From assembly GCF_001194135.2 (NCBI RefSeq), contig NC_068993.1, positions 478,236 to 542,235 of the forward strand: a stretch of 64,000 nt of DNA, in the 5' to 3' direction. Under the pieces are notes generated by a model, which was not told the origin of the DNA, ran no database searches, and worked only from the letters and a program-made list of their open reading frames with translations. Source of the stretch: Octopus bimaculoides. Lineage: Eukaryota. Below, one piece after another: positions 1 to 13,000 of this stretch. Numbering within the stretch: position 1 is the first letter of the stretch; each line of letters starts with the position of its first letter. The translations under genes were made by a program, and so were the position numbers.

Positions 1-169
1 TATCTCAGTCTTGCTGAGAGTTAATCTATTTAAACCTTCATTAACTATTAATTAATAATTATTTTTACAATATACCAACCGTTTCCATAGAAATTTTTTC
101 TTCAATATGTTTGTTATTACTTTCGTGTAGTTCATTCACTTTATTTCTTAGTTCACCCATTTCCTCTGC

Positions 170-209
<40 letters not shown>

Positions 210-1034
210 CCTAGCAAATATATTGAGGAATCAATAAAGTAAGGTGCCTACAGTTGAATTTGAACTGATGACAACATTAGATGAATTGATTGGAAGGAAA
301 CTAGAAAGAAATGTTGGTTGAGGAGAAACAGTTTATAAACAGGAAAAACCATATCTTACCAAGTTTTCTTTTATAGGACTGAATTAATGTTTCATTTCTT
401 GCCTGAAATAATATTTTAAAGAGAAATCTAATTAGATATAATGTAGGTTAGAGAGAGAGAGAGAGAGATGTAAAAATAGAAGTGGGGCAATTTGAAGCTG
501 TGTCACTGTCCACGTCCCAGCGGTGGTGGGGCAGGGACGAAAAGGTTTAACACAAGAACAACAAGTGAAATAAAATAAAATTAAAAAAAAAGAATTTAAC
601 AGGTTTTGTGTCTTAAGTAATTAAAATGGTTATTCCATGATGGAAGTACTTCTTCAGTTTTAACATATAATCTCAGGTCAAGTCACTGAGAAGACAACAG
701 CACTGAAACACACACACACACACACAAAGCAACCGAAATGTGGTCTTTGAAAGTGAGAATCATTGAGGAAAAAGTAGGATTAAAAAAGACAAAAACTCGA
801 GATTAAAAAATTCAGAATTAGATTTCAATTCTCAATTTAAGATTCTCTTAATTAATGAAATCTCCACTAAACGATGAGTATCACATTAATACTTCCCTTG
901 TTCTTCTACAAAATGTACAATTTCCGGTTTTATTGACTAATAACCAAACAGCTTTCCATAAATCCCATCAGTTTCTCTCCTGTCTATCAAATGAGGCACA
1001 AACCCCTTCACACTCACTGATGGAACTCCTGCCC

Positions 1035-1165
1035 ACCAAACCCACTCAGAAGACTTTGGTTGGCTTGAGGCTATAGTAAAAGACATTTGTCCAAAGTGCT
1101 GTGCAGTGGGACTGAACCTGAGACCATGTGATTAGGAAGCAAGCTTCTTAGTCAAGCAGTCACTC
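1035..1165 (-). mobile_element. tRNA-derived SINE, family A (partial)
   Basis: Matches other copies in the window (aagcttgcttcc...ggttcagtcccactg...ttctactatagcc); approximate ends. Confidence 0.75.
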
Positions 1166-1413
1166 TAGAAACAACACCACTTCATCCTTTCATCCTACAC
1201 AAATATCCACTTGGATTTGGTTTTTATTCCTATTTTCTTGAAGCAACAAGTTTCTGATAAATAATCAAATGTCAATATATGTTAATATATTTAATTGAAA
1301 CATTTGTTTATTACACATATAATTACTGAGTAAAACAAAATACTAACTGAAAAGTAACAAAAGAAACCATAATGGAATAATTAGATTAATTAGAAAGAAA
1401 ATCAAAGTCTTAC

Positions 1414-1497
1414 TTGTTGTGAAGCTAAGTATCGAAGTTCATCAACTTCATCTTTTAATGATCTTGCTTCGTCTGCTTGTTGATTGAGTTCTATATT
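1414..1497 (-). CDS. HOOK: HOOK exon 12 (NIELNQQADEARSLKDEVDELRYLASQQ), 84 nt
   Basis: ttatccag acceptor, gtaaga donor; conserved A.SLKDE.D.LR motif. Confidence 0.93.
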
Positions 1498-3792
1498 CTG
1501 GATAACGAGAACAAATGATCAGTAATTACTTAATTATAACAATGAAATTATCTTGAATTAAATAGTCATTAGGAAATATATATTACATGGTTTAATTCAT
1601 TTTATTTAAGCAATTACTTTGATATTTTAAATGAAGTTGAAGAATGGTGGTCCCAGTAGTATTGGCAGGTAATTTTACAGAGATCATAGGAATCCAAAGT
1701 AGATAATTACACAAAAAGAATTCAATAAAAGATGGAAAAATAACCTTTTGTTGGAGGTCTCGAAACTCTTCAGTCATTATATCAAGGCGAGCAATGCAAT
1801 TATCTCTGGCTGTTAACGAGAGAAAAAGAAGAGAAAATATTTTGGAAATTATAATTCAAGGCTGAAATAATATGAAATTTAAAAAGTCCTGGTCTGTTCT
1901 CAAAAATAATTGATAAATATCCCAGAAGTAACTAAGTATTTTAAAGTTGTTGCTGGGTACCTTTAGTAGTGAGTAACATTTTAGAAACTTCCTCATTAAC
2001 TCAAATATATATGTATATACATACATATATATATATATATATGTATGTATATAGTCTTCTGTAATAAACTTTGGTGAGTGTGTGCATATTTATTTACTGA
2101 AGAAAGGAGGGAAAATATGGAGCTTATTGAGGAAATCTTACCAGATTCCAGTTTAAGAACTTCTTCTTGTAGACGTTCAGTTTGTCGCTGTAACTGTTGA
2201 CAGCGCCGGCCAGCTGGAGTTCTGCAAATATTTAAAAGAAATCAGATTTTACACTCTATCATTAACACTTTTCTACAAAAAAAACCACAGAATGTGTTCT
2301 TGAATCAGTATTTGGAAGTTTAGTCTTTAAAATCCTTTTACTTCTGACATCATCATCATTCAGCAGTTAACTCCAACAATGAAGAACCCGCTACCAGAAT
2401 AACTCTTTTAATTTTACTATTTCACATCCATTATTCAGGTTTGTTTACCTGTAACGGTTTATTGGTGGTGGGGAATTGCCTTCACAGTTGTGTAACTTCC
2501 CAACTTTATAAGCATTCCACCATGAAATAAACTGGAGCTAGAAGAGCTATGTGCCTTGCTCTGCACTACAACACAATGACTGTAGGAAATAGTTTTTAAT
2601 TCAAGGTCAGCAGTGCAGTACCTTCACCAAACAGTCATTGTACATGTTTACTTTTGCATGTGAATGTCTATAACTAAATGGTATGCCTGTCTCTATATTT
2701 TGTATATATACATATTTGTGTGTTTATATTTGCTTTTATGTACACACACACACACACACACACATTTAAATATCACAGTTTGTAAATGGAAGCCATGGAA
2801 AACATTTGACAGATAATGAAGGGCATGTCCCTGAAAGATTGTGAAGCTTGAAACTTGAGTCATGGGAAAAAGAGGTCATCTTGAATTTTTTCTGTGGATT
2901 TATTTGGCAACAAGAAAAAAAAAAAGGTAGCATTCCCAAATCACCACAAGAAAGATTATTGTTGTGGTGCCTGTTGTGGTGTATAAAAAATAATGAAGGC
3001 TAATGGTCAATTGTGAGACAGTGTCATCCAATCTATGAACACTAAATGGACAGGAAATAAGGTTGACCAACTGCATGGAAGTCTCTGTTGTAGACTTGAG
3101 AGCAAAAGACATCTATTTTCTAAATTATGGAGAAGCTAAAAGAATAGGGAACTTTCTGGTTAATTGGCAGACAATAAAGAATTATTTAAAACCCTACTGA
3201 ACATTGATTCAGTTAGAAATTTCCTTCTGGGATTAGAAATAAAGCTTACCCAGGATCATCAAGATTTTCTGCTTGGTTCAAACGTTCTGATAATCTGTCG
3301 ACTTCAGAAGACAGTGTGATTTTCTCATCTTGCAAAGAAGTCATCTAACAAACAAAAAAAAATATGTCTATCAATGAATAATGACGACAACAACAACAAC
3401 AACAACACTTCCTCTTTTGCTAAATTCAAATAAAGAATTTTCATCTGGCTGTTACATGAAAAATGACACCAGATAATAAAATCTGCTTCAAGTTAGAAAA
3501 ACAAAATTGCAATCTTATGTAAAGTGATTTATAGATTTCATTTTAGCAGCTTAAGTGGTTAATGGTTTAAATGGTTAATTAGCTTTTTGTTTCTAAATAA
3601 TATAACTAGTTAGACATTCTAAAAATTTACATTTAACTTACATTTTTCAAGTTTACAACAAATTTTATATCAATTATCCAGATTTTAAAAACAAATTTAC
3701 AAAATGATTCCTCAAGAGTTTATGAAATGTTAAACCAATGTTCTTGGTTTGACTATTAAAGAAACGTGGCTGATATTTCTTAATGCTTAGAG

Positions 3793-3824
<32 letters not shown>

Positions 3825-5374
3825 CAAACATTAATCCAACTAACTTGTTCGTCCAAGAAGTGGCAACGTTTCGTTAATTCTTCGTTGGCTTCTTTGACAT
3901 TTCGCAGTTCATCAAGTGTACGTCTTAGCTGAAGAAATAAAAGGTTAATGAGTAGGAAATAATTAGTAATTTAATAACAATAATTATATATCAAATGGAC
4001 AATAAAACAAGTAATTATTTTATGGTTAATACAACAACAACGTGATTATTCATTATATCATTAAAACTAAATTATAAAGATTAAAAATAGCCAAATAAAA
4101 TTTATTAAATGCTAGATAATGTTATTGTCAAGCAGAACAACTTGTTCAATATTATTTAATCAATAAAACTGACAAAGGGAAACTTCTGGGATAGTTTCAT
4201 AACACTATCTCATATTCTAGCGAAATATTTGCAAGGAAAAACTCAAACATATTTATATTTTTTCTCAATTTTATGATAGAAATATTTTCTATCAACCTCA
4301 ACAACATCATTATGATGGTTATTACTGTTGCAGGATATCACCTATGGTTCTCAGAATTATCTCAGTTCAAAAAGGCTCACATGTACACACACACACACAC
4401 ACATCTGCACAGGGCTGGATGCCCGTCATATCCCTGACTTCACAGCATGGGCCAACAGCACTAAAAAGGTTGACTATGGCTGGGTTAAAGACTCCACTCT
4501 ATCCTGAATCAATTCTATTTTTCAGCGATAAATGGGTGATGTTCCTCGACAAATATCTGGAATTTCCCATCAGTTTCCCTTCCTCCCAGTATTTTAAATT
4601 AGGAATTACAACTAATACAACAGCAACCCAGATACCTTTAAGCTACGCCTAAATTTATAAATACTACCTGTCTCTTTTCTCCTCCACAATCCACCAAAGC
4701 AAAGCTCAGAGTAGATACATTTGAAAAGTTGAGCAGTGCTTACTCACAAAATACACAAACTTCTTTTCCAAAAGTTTGTGACATTCAGTTTTCTAAAAAA
4801 TGTTAATAACGTTTAAGAAACTCTTCCTTTAAATATTGTGACTGTATCAAGCATTTTTCGCAAAACCCCTGATATATATATATATATATACAGAGAGGGA
4901 GAGAGAATGATTTTCTTGCAGAAGTATCTACACATTAATTTCTACCATACTTCATAATCACTCTCTGCAGTCCATCTATTTGAGTAGAAATGCTAGAAGC
5001 AGTAAATTCCAGGGAAAGTAGAGAAGGTTTGCAATGGCAAATACATGTACGAACACATATTTACTTCACATTTCCAGATAAGTCCTAAAAGTGGAATAAG
5101 TGTGTCATGAAGAAGACAAGACGTCTGCTGTGTTGACGACTCAACTGAGCCGTCTCACTTTGAGGATCTGTGCTGCTAGCACTCGTAGTAGGTGACACTT
5201 GAGCCAACTTACAAGAATCCAGAATAAATTCAAAAAGACAAACCTGATCATCTGCACGTCCAAGTTGGTAAGATCCATCAACATTGTCTTCAGGATCAAA
5301 ATTCTAAAAATGATACAGTTTCATATTCATTATAATCAAATTTCCAAAAGGGTGGTGGTGGTGGTGGTGGTGGT

Positions 5375-5452
<78 letters not shown>

Positions 5453-8400
5453 GAATTTATTTAGAAACAAAGAAAAACAGCATTTGCAACAACTACGACA
5501 ACAACAATAATGATAATAATAATATTAATAAATATTATTCAAACTTGAAAATGTATAGAAAGGGTTCCAATGAAACCAAATTTCTAGAAATGAAATATTG
5601 GTGATGCCAGGCTGAATTTACTGATGAACTGATGAATTTATTCTTGGTTAAATTCCAAAATAGAATTGAGTGGAATTGCTAAACTAAATCTTCCAGGTTT
5701 ACAGAACAGAATATTGACATTTGAGAAGAGTTTTAACTGTTTTGGCACAAGCATATCTGGAACTGATGCTTCCATGAGATAAAAATCTGATTTAAAATGC
5801 CCACAAAATGAAACGTTTTATAATGTTAGGTAAAGACTTTTTGTTAAATCTCAAATATCAACTTGATACGCACACAAATATATATACATAAATGTATATA
5901 TGTATTATTAACTACTACGACATTTTCACAAGGTAGAATACTCCTGGAAAAAGCTGTTATTCTGCAAGTGAATACTGAAGATGTTTCTCTTTTTTCTTGA
6001 TTCTTTAACTACAAACATTTCACGAAGGAAAAGAAGAAAATTCACATTTCATGTTCCCTAACTGTAATTAATTTAATCATTAATTTTAATGGAATGTCTA
6101 ATCAATAAGTTACAGTTTATATTCATGCTGACAATTTCTGAAAAGAATGAAATATTGCTATGCATGACTGCCACCAACTAGGAACTGTAAGGACTTTGTA
6201 ATAAGTAAAGACAAAAATTGAATATGTGAATTCTAATCTCACTTCATGTTGTGAAGGGATGATTATCTCCCTTTTATTAATTGCTATCACTAGAGGGAAC
6301 CACATGTATATATGTATTAATAAATGGAATTTTCCTTTTTTTTCTTGAGGCTCCAGATTCTTGATGACTTTGAAAATGGATTAAAACAGAATTGGTATAT
6401 TTTGTTAGGAAAGGGCTACATCTGGCAATGTTATGTCTGCCAACATAAATGTGTATTTAAATGTATTTCCATCAAAATTGAACAAACAATTGTTTTTTGA
6501 TAGATTCTTTGGAAATAATGACATTAACTGACATCTCAAGATCATTTCTAAAAAATGGTGTGTTGGCAGATATTATGATTACAATGCAAATAAATACCAA
6601 ACAAAAGGATTAGAGACAGTGGTACATACATGTGTATGGACATATGAGTGTGTGTATATATTTATGTCGATATGCACACACACACACACACATTTATACT
6701 GGGAGTAGGTTAATTAATAAAATAGTAGCAGAAAACAAAAAACACCAACATACATGTGGACATTCAACATACATGTAAATATTCAAATACAGGTATCATT
6801 CTTTGTAAAAAGAGGTAAAGCGTGAATTAGAAAAAAAAAGAAAAAGTCATGTTCCTGAACATGCAGGCTTCTAGATTTACCATTTACCAAAAGAACTTTG
6901 AAGTTTAAAGAAAATTCTTTTTTTAACTTTGTAAAGAAATATTTTACATTTTGTAGCAGAGACAGAGACAAAAAAAAAAACAACAAACAAACCCAAAAAC
7001 ACTTGTTCCTTCTGCAGGAATAAGTTACCATCTTTGGACTGTTGAACAATTTCAGAACCAGAAAATAAACTACCCACATTTTACAGAGCCTTTGACCAGA
7101 AACCCATCATTAAATGCTGCCGACCTTCACCTATTTCCAAGCAAAGTAATATTTCCCCAAAGCCACAGGTTTTCTATACAGAAGCCTTCATTTTCCATCT
7201 ACTTAATCCACTCACAAGGCTTTGGTTTGCTCAGTGCTACAGAGTAGAAGACATCTGCTCAAGGTGCTACACAGTTGGACAAACCAGAAAAAAAAAAAAG
7301 ATACAAACACAAATACACCCACGCACCCACCCTAAAAGTCAGAAGATATGAGAGGTGAATATACATTTATTTAACTGCATGATGTTTTGCAACCTTCTTC
7401 ATGTAGAACTAATTTCAGTATGGAAGAAATTATGCGTACGTGCTTGTATGCAAGCTCAGTATTATACAATAAAATTGTATATTCCCAAATCCATGCAAAT
7501 AAAGAAAGCAAGGTCATCAGGGTTACACCAAGGTCTCAACCCTTGCATTGATTTGCAAATGTACAATTCTATTGCATAATGCTAAGCATGCATCTTAATG
7601 CAAACATAAAAGCATAATTTCTTCCACACTGGAATTAATACTGCATGAAGAAAGTTGCAAAGCAGTCGTAATCCCAAGGATGTCAAATGGTTAAATAAAT
7701 ATATTCATCTCTCGTGCTGCCTGACTTTTTATGAATTATATACTCCTCATGAAACAATTTCATCAATCGGATCTTCTGGATTTCAGCTGCAGGGACACTC
7801 TGCATTACACTTCCCTGTATTGGATTACTATGTGGCCTGATAGCCGAGTCCATTAGAGGAGCTTTCTGTTATATCGACACGATTCTCAGAATTCATTTCT
7901 TATACTTATGCATATATGTGTGAGGAAGAGTGTGTGTAAATCATTTTAGCTTGCATGAAGTGCAAATACATCATGCAAGCTAAAATGATTTACACACACT
8001 CTTTAAAAAAAAATGAGAATAAAGCAATGGTTGATTGCAAACATTCATGCAATTTTAGAGGCAAAAATTATAAACTTTCAGCAACATCTTCAAGCAAAAG
8101 TATTTAGTTTCCAGAATCAAACACTTCTGCTGGAACTGAATAGCAGGAAAAAAAGTGTTCAAGAACTGCAATATAAAATAAAAAGTAAAAAAAAAAAAAG
8201 GCGGGGGGAATGACCCACAAAATATTGGTTACAAATAGAAAAAAAGCTAACAAAAATGATGAACATGAAGTAACAAAATTGGAAACAAAAAGACAAAACA
8301 AAAACCACCAGTTGAGCAAAAATTAAGTAAAAATGAGCAAAAATTGAAATAAAATTGGATAAAAAATAAAAAATTGAAATAAAATTGGATACAAATTGAA

Positions 8401-10013
8401 AAAGAAGTTGAAGAACCTGAGAGTAATACTTGGAAAGCTGTGAAAGGGAAAAAAAATGATTCTCTGATGATTCTAGAGAGTTTGTCAAAGTTATTACATA
8501 TCAAAAAGGAGAAGGGGTTAGACATGAAGGCATGCTGGGTTTCAACAACTGGGGAGACACATAAGAAGAATTCAGTGAATTAGAAATGAATTTTCAGTGA
8601 GATGAGTTTAATATTTGAAATGGGAAAAAGAAAAAAAAATATTGAGGAATGGGGAATAATAAAAATACTAATGGTGTTTTAATTCTAATCCAATTGTTGA
8701 TTATATCAACGAGAAGTGCCAGACAGTTTGGATTGGTTGTGACTACCTGGAGAAAATAGAAAGACTCTTCTATGAAGAACATTAATAGATTGTTCTGTCA
8801 ATGATTTTTTGTAAACAACTTGCAGATGCAAGTGCTACCAGTTAAAAGCTCTGCAAGTTTATGGAGTCATCAGGAGAGAATGCACTCAACAGGATCATTG
8901 CACACTGACTACCAATCACTGAAATGAGTCCCTGCTTGCTAGATCAACTGGTTATTAAGTTTTGCTCAATATTCTTCTAACCATTGCTCAACATCACTTT
9001 CTAACCAAATCCAGTGGCTTGCCTTCTCCACTGTAGTTTAGAGAAAATTGTCAATGAAGAATCAAAATTAATCCGTATTTAAAAGGAAGTCTTTAAGAAA
9101 AATTGCTCATTGGAGGAAATAATAGAATGGTTATTTCAGTATTTGGAAAAGAAAAAAGAAAAAAAAAAGGTTCAATTAACAGTAGAAAGCAGAGGTGAAA
9201 ATATTTTAAGGACTTCTTAGTGATGCAATGTANNNNNNNNNNNNNNNNNNNNNNNNNNNNNNNNNNNNNNNNNNNNNNNNNNNNNNNNNNNNNNNNNNNN
9301 NNNNNNNNNNNNNNNNNNNNNNNNNNNNNNNNNNNNNNNNNNNNNNNNNNNNNNNNNNNNNNNNNNNNNNNNNNNNNNNNNNNNNNNNNNNNNNNNNNNN
9401 NNNNNNNNNNNNNNNNNNNNNNNNNNNNNNNNNNNNNNNNNNNNNNNNNNNNNNNNNNNNNNNNNNNNNNNNNNNNNNNNNNNNNNNNNNNNNNNNNNNN
9501 NNNNNNNNNNNNNNNNNNNNNNNNNNNNNNNNNNNNNNNNNNNNNNNNNNNNNNNNNNNNNNNNNNNNNNNNNNNNNNNNNNNNNNNNNNNNNNNNNNNN
9601 NNNNNNNNNNNNNNNNNNNNNNNNNNNNNNNNNNNNNNNNNNNNNNNNNNNNNNNNNNNNNNNNNNNNNNNNNNNNNNNNNNNNNNNNNNNNNNNNNNNN
9701 NNNNNNNNNNNNNNNNNNNNNNNNNNNNNNNNNNNNNNNNNNNNNNNNNNNNNNNNNNNNNNNNNNNNNNNNNNNNNNNNNNNNNNNNNNNNNNNNNNNN
9801 NNNNNNNNNNNNNNNNNNNNNNNNNNNNNNNNNNNNNNNNNNNNNNNNNNNNNNNNNNNNNNNNNNNNNNNNNNNNNNNNNNNNNNNNNNNNNNNNNNNN
9901 NNNNNNNNNNNNNNNNNNNNNNNNNNNNNNNNNNNNNNNNNNNNNNNNNNNNNNNNNNNNNNNNNNNNNNNNNNNNNNNNNNNNNNNNNNNNNNNNNNNN
10001 NNNNNNNNNNNNN

Positions 10014-10068
<55 letters not shown>

Positions 10069-13000
10069 AAGAATAATTTAAGATAAAGCATTTTTAAAAG
10101 ACACAAACAATTGCAAATAAATGGTAATAATGAAATGTACTTACATCACTAATTGCTGAGAAACTATCATTCATACTGGAGGTACCATCTTCATTAACAA
10201 CCTAATTACAGAAACCAAATGAATGAGGATCAATAAAAGATGCAGTCATATCATGAATAGGAATATTTAATACATGGAATCAATAATTCTGTATGATGCT
10301 GCTTAGCACAGAAAGTCGACGACCAGACTGTAAACAATTGTACCACAGTGTACATAACTGTATCGTTTTCTACCAAATTGTACCATACCCTAACCCTCAC
10401 TGATGTGGTTTTAACATTAAAAAAACTTCAGGTTATTTCTATACATAATACAAATTGAAGCTGACTTTATCTTGTGTGTATGTGTGTGTGTGTGTATCAT
10501 ACTATGAAGGGCAGTAGTGCCACACAATGGATAACTTGGAACACGACACTCTGTCAACCCATGCATTGTGTGTGTGCTTGTGCACATGAATGCTTGTCTG
10601 TGTCTCTGTTAACTGAAATTGAGATATTTTCCCCTGATATCTTAAATAATTAAACTATTATTCTTTTTGACTCTGATAAAAAAATATCCCATCTTCTCCA
10701 ATGAAACTCACCTGTGGGGCTTGTACCCTCCAAAATGTTAAAATTGAATAATTAGATTTCAATGAAGAACATAAAACTATCTTCACATTGCCAGGTAAAT
10801 TTAATAAATTAACAATCATTTGGAGAAAGAAAGAGATTCTTTTAAAACCAGGTTTTCAGTAAATAAGATACTTAAACTTCAATTGAAGTTCAGCACTTTA
10901 CATTCAGGCTGATGCATCAACCATGTCAGTGTCGTTAGTCTCAGAGAACCTGCAAAAAAGTCACATACATCAGCCATATTAATCTCTTTAGTCTAGGAGG
11001 ACCTCTAAAGGTCATGGCTACCATTTGTCCGCCCCTGTCACTTGAGTTTTCAGGATGGCATACAATTACTGCCCATTTGAATTGAAAGGATTTGTAATAA
11101 TAATAAAAAAAGGTTTACCTCTTTTAGGAGTTGCATAACCACTTGTTGTACAGATTCCTCCATTTCCATAATTTGGTGTATGTGTGTATTTTCTTCACAA
11201 TACATTGCACACACAAGAATCAGCTGCAGGAAAGAAACCAATTCTTTCATGCTGCTAGTTTCAGCTAAACGAGAAAGACAGAAATTATGTACTTGGCATT
11301 CATTAACAATTGAACAATTAAACTGAAATTCATAATTGTTAGTTAACATTTAGTTAAGAATCATCAATCAGGAAGCTCATAGATAGCCAATTACTGCCCA
11401 TATAACAAAATTTTTATAAACACTTTTCTAAGATTTGAATAATTTTAGAATTTCTAGCAATAAAATAGCACCAAAAGTCTTGGAATTATTTGACAAATAC
11501 AACTAAACAAAACTACCAAATCCTTCTTCTCACAGACGTTCCACTGAAACCTGTATCCCACTTGGAAGGAAGCAACCTAAACTCTAACTGTCTTAACCTC
11601 ACTTAATTAACCCTTGTTTAGCCCTAGGTCTGCCTAGATCTAAGACATTCCACCCATAACCATCACATCGGTATCTATGACTAGATTATCTCACCTGTCC
11701 TGTTTTTTATGATTGCAGCATGTGATTTGAGGGAAATTTGGCTGCTATTTCTACCAGGTCGAGAAACCATGTAGAAGCTTTCTCAGCAGAAGATAGGGGT
11801 AGGTTTAGACATATAGGAAGACAATAAAAATATTAAAATAAGAGATTTTGTAGAATTATGGAACTACAATATTTGTCCTAAATATTTTTGTAGAAACAAT
11901 TACATCTTGGGAGAACCATTCTAACCATTTTAAAACACACACACACAAAAAAAAAAACATTGTTAAATTCTTGAGTTTAAAGTGAGTTTAAGTCACAGTT
12001 TTTGTCTTATTAAATAGTTAAAATGAATCTTCTATAACGGAGTTACTTCAACACACATACTCAAATCAAGTCAGTAGTTAAACAAGTATAACCGCTAAAT
12101 CTTGATAAAATTTTGTCTTACAACATTTTCAATGAAATTTTACAGCACAATAACGAAAGAAAATGAAATAAAGAAAATATTTCTTACCAATAGCGTTAAT
12201 ATCTGGCAGGGGAAATCCTCTGTTACGTAAATTTGGTAACTGGAAAGAGAAGGACAGCGATAGTTAGTAATTTGTGATTTAAGGGGAGATATTTAATTAT
12301 AACGAGTGTTAATATAATGTAATGAAGCCAACATATTTTATTTAGAATTACTTTTACAGTCAAGAGGTGGAAAGAGACTCACTTCAGACTGACGTCAAGT
12401 GAAGCTGGACAAGGCGAAGGGGAGACAACCCAAAATTTTAATTACACAAGAATTGAAGAAATGAAAACATTAGCAGAATGACTATCTTAATCTGATCTTT
12501 AATGGAAGTAGCAGACATTTTTCAATTCTATTAGAGCTCAAAAGCAAAGTATAATCTTTGTTGTCAATGTTTACCAAGTCCAGAGATTGAAAAATCACTG
12601 TGCTGATGATAAAAAGGTTAAGTCGTATACAGTATCTCTTGATAATATCAGAAAGTATAAAACCATACATTTCATTACAATATATACATATGAACCAGTA
12701 TAGAAGCTTTTATGAGGTCATTCAATATACTAGAAATAGGAGCCATACCTCTTCAAAATCATACACATATTACAATATCATACACATTCAAAAGCCAACA
12801 TCAGAATTTGTACATAATTGCTTAGCATGCAAGAAACAGAATTCAAATCTCCCTAAAAACAACATCCTACCATCAAGAAAATAGGAAGGACATACTGAAA
12901 AAATGTATTCATAAACATCCCTTAAAAGATAGGGTTAGTCCTGGTTGGAACATCTTTCTTTCAAGGTCTGCTCATTGATGGCTGACCTAGGGTTAAGCAA

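Noticed and set aside
1-30. Possible start of a further HOOK exon at the window edge (tttaaatag|ATTAACTC...)
   Set aside because: Phase-0 reading hits TGA after six codons, and too little sequence is visible to test other phases
7700-7880. Minus-strand open frame KAPLMDSAIRPHSNPIQG...KLFHEE as an extra HOOK exon
   Set aside because: Weak acceptor, available donors are in phase 2 (would break the frame), no HOOK similarity; exons 6 and 7 already join in frame
9093-10106. Long ORFs in the track spanning N-runs (also at about 24.3-24.7, 35.2-35.7, 53.8-54.7 and 61.4-62.4 kb)
   Set aside because: They are open only because N codons contain no stops; the flanks are microsatellites or repeats
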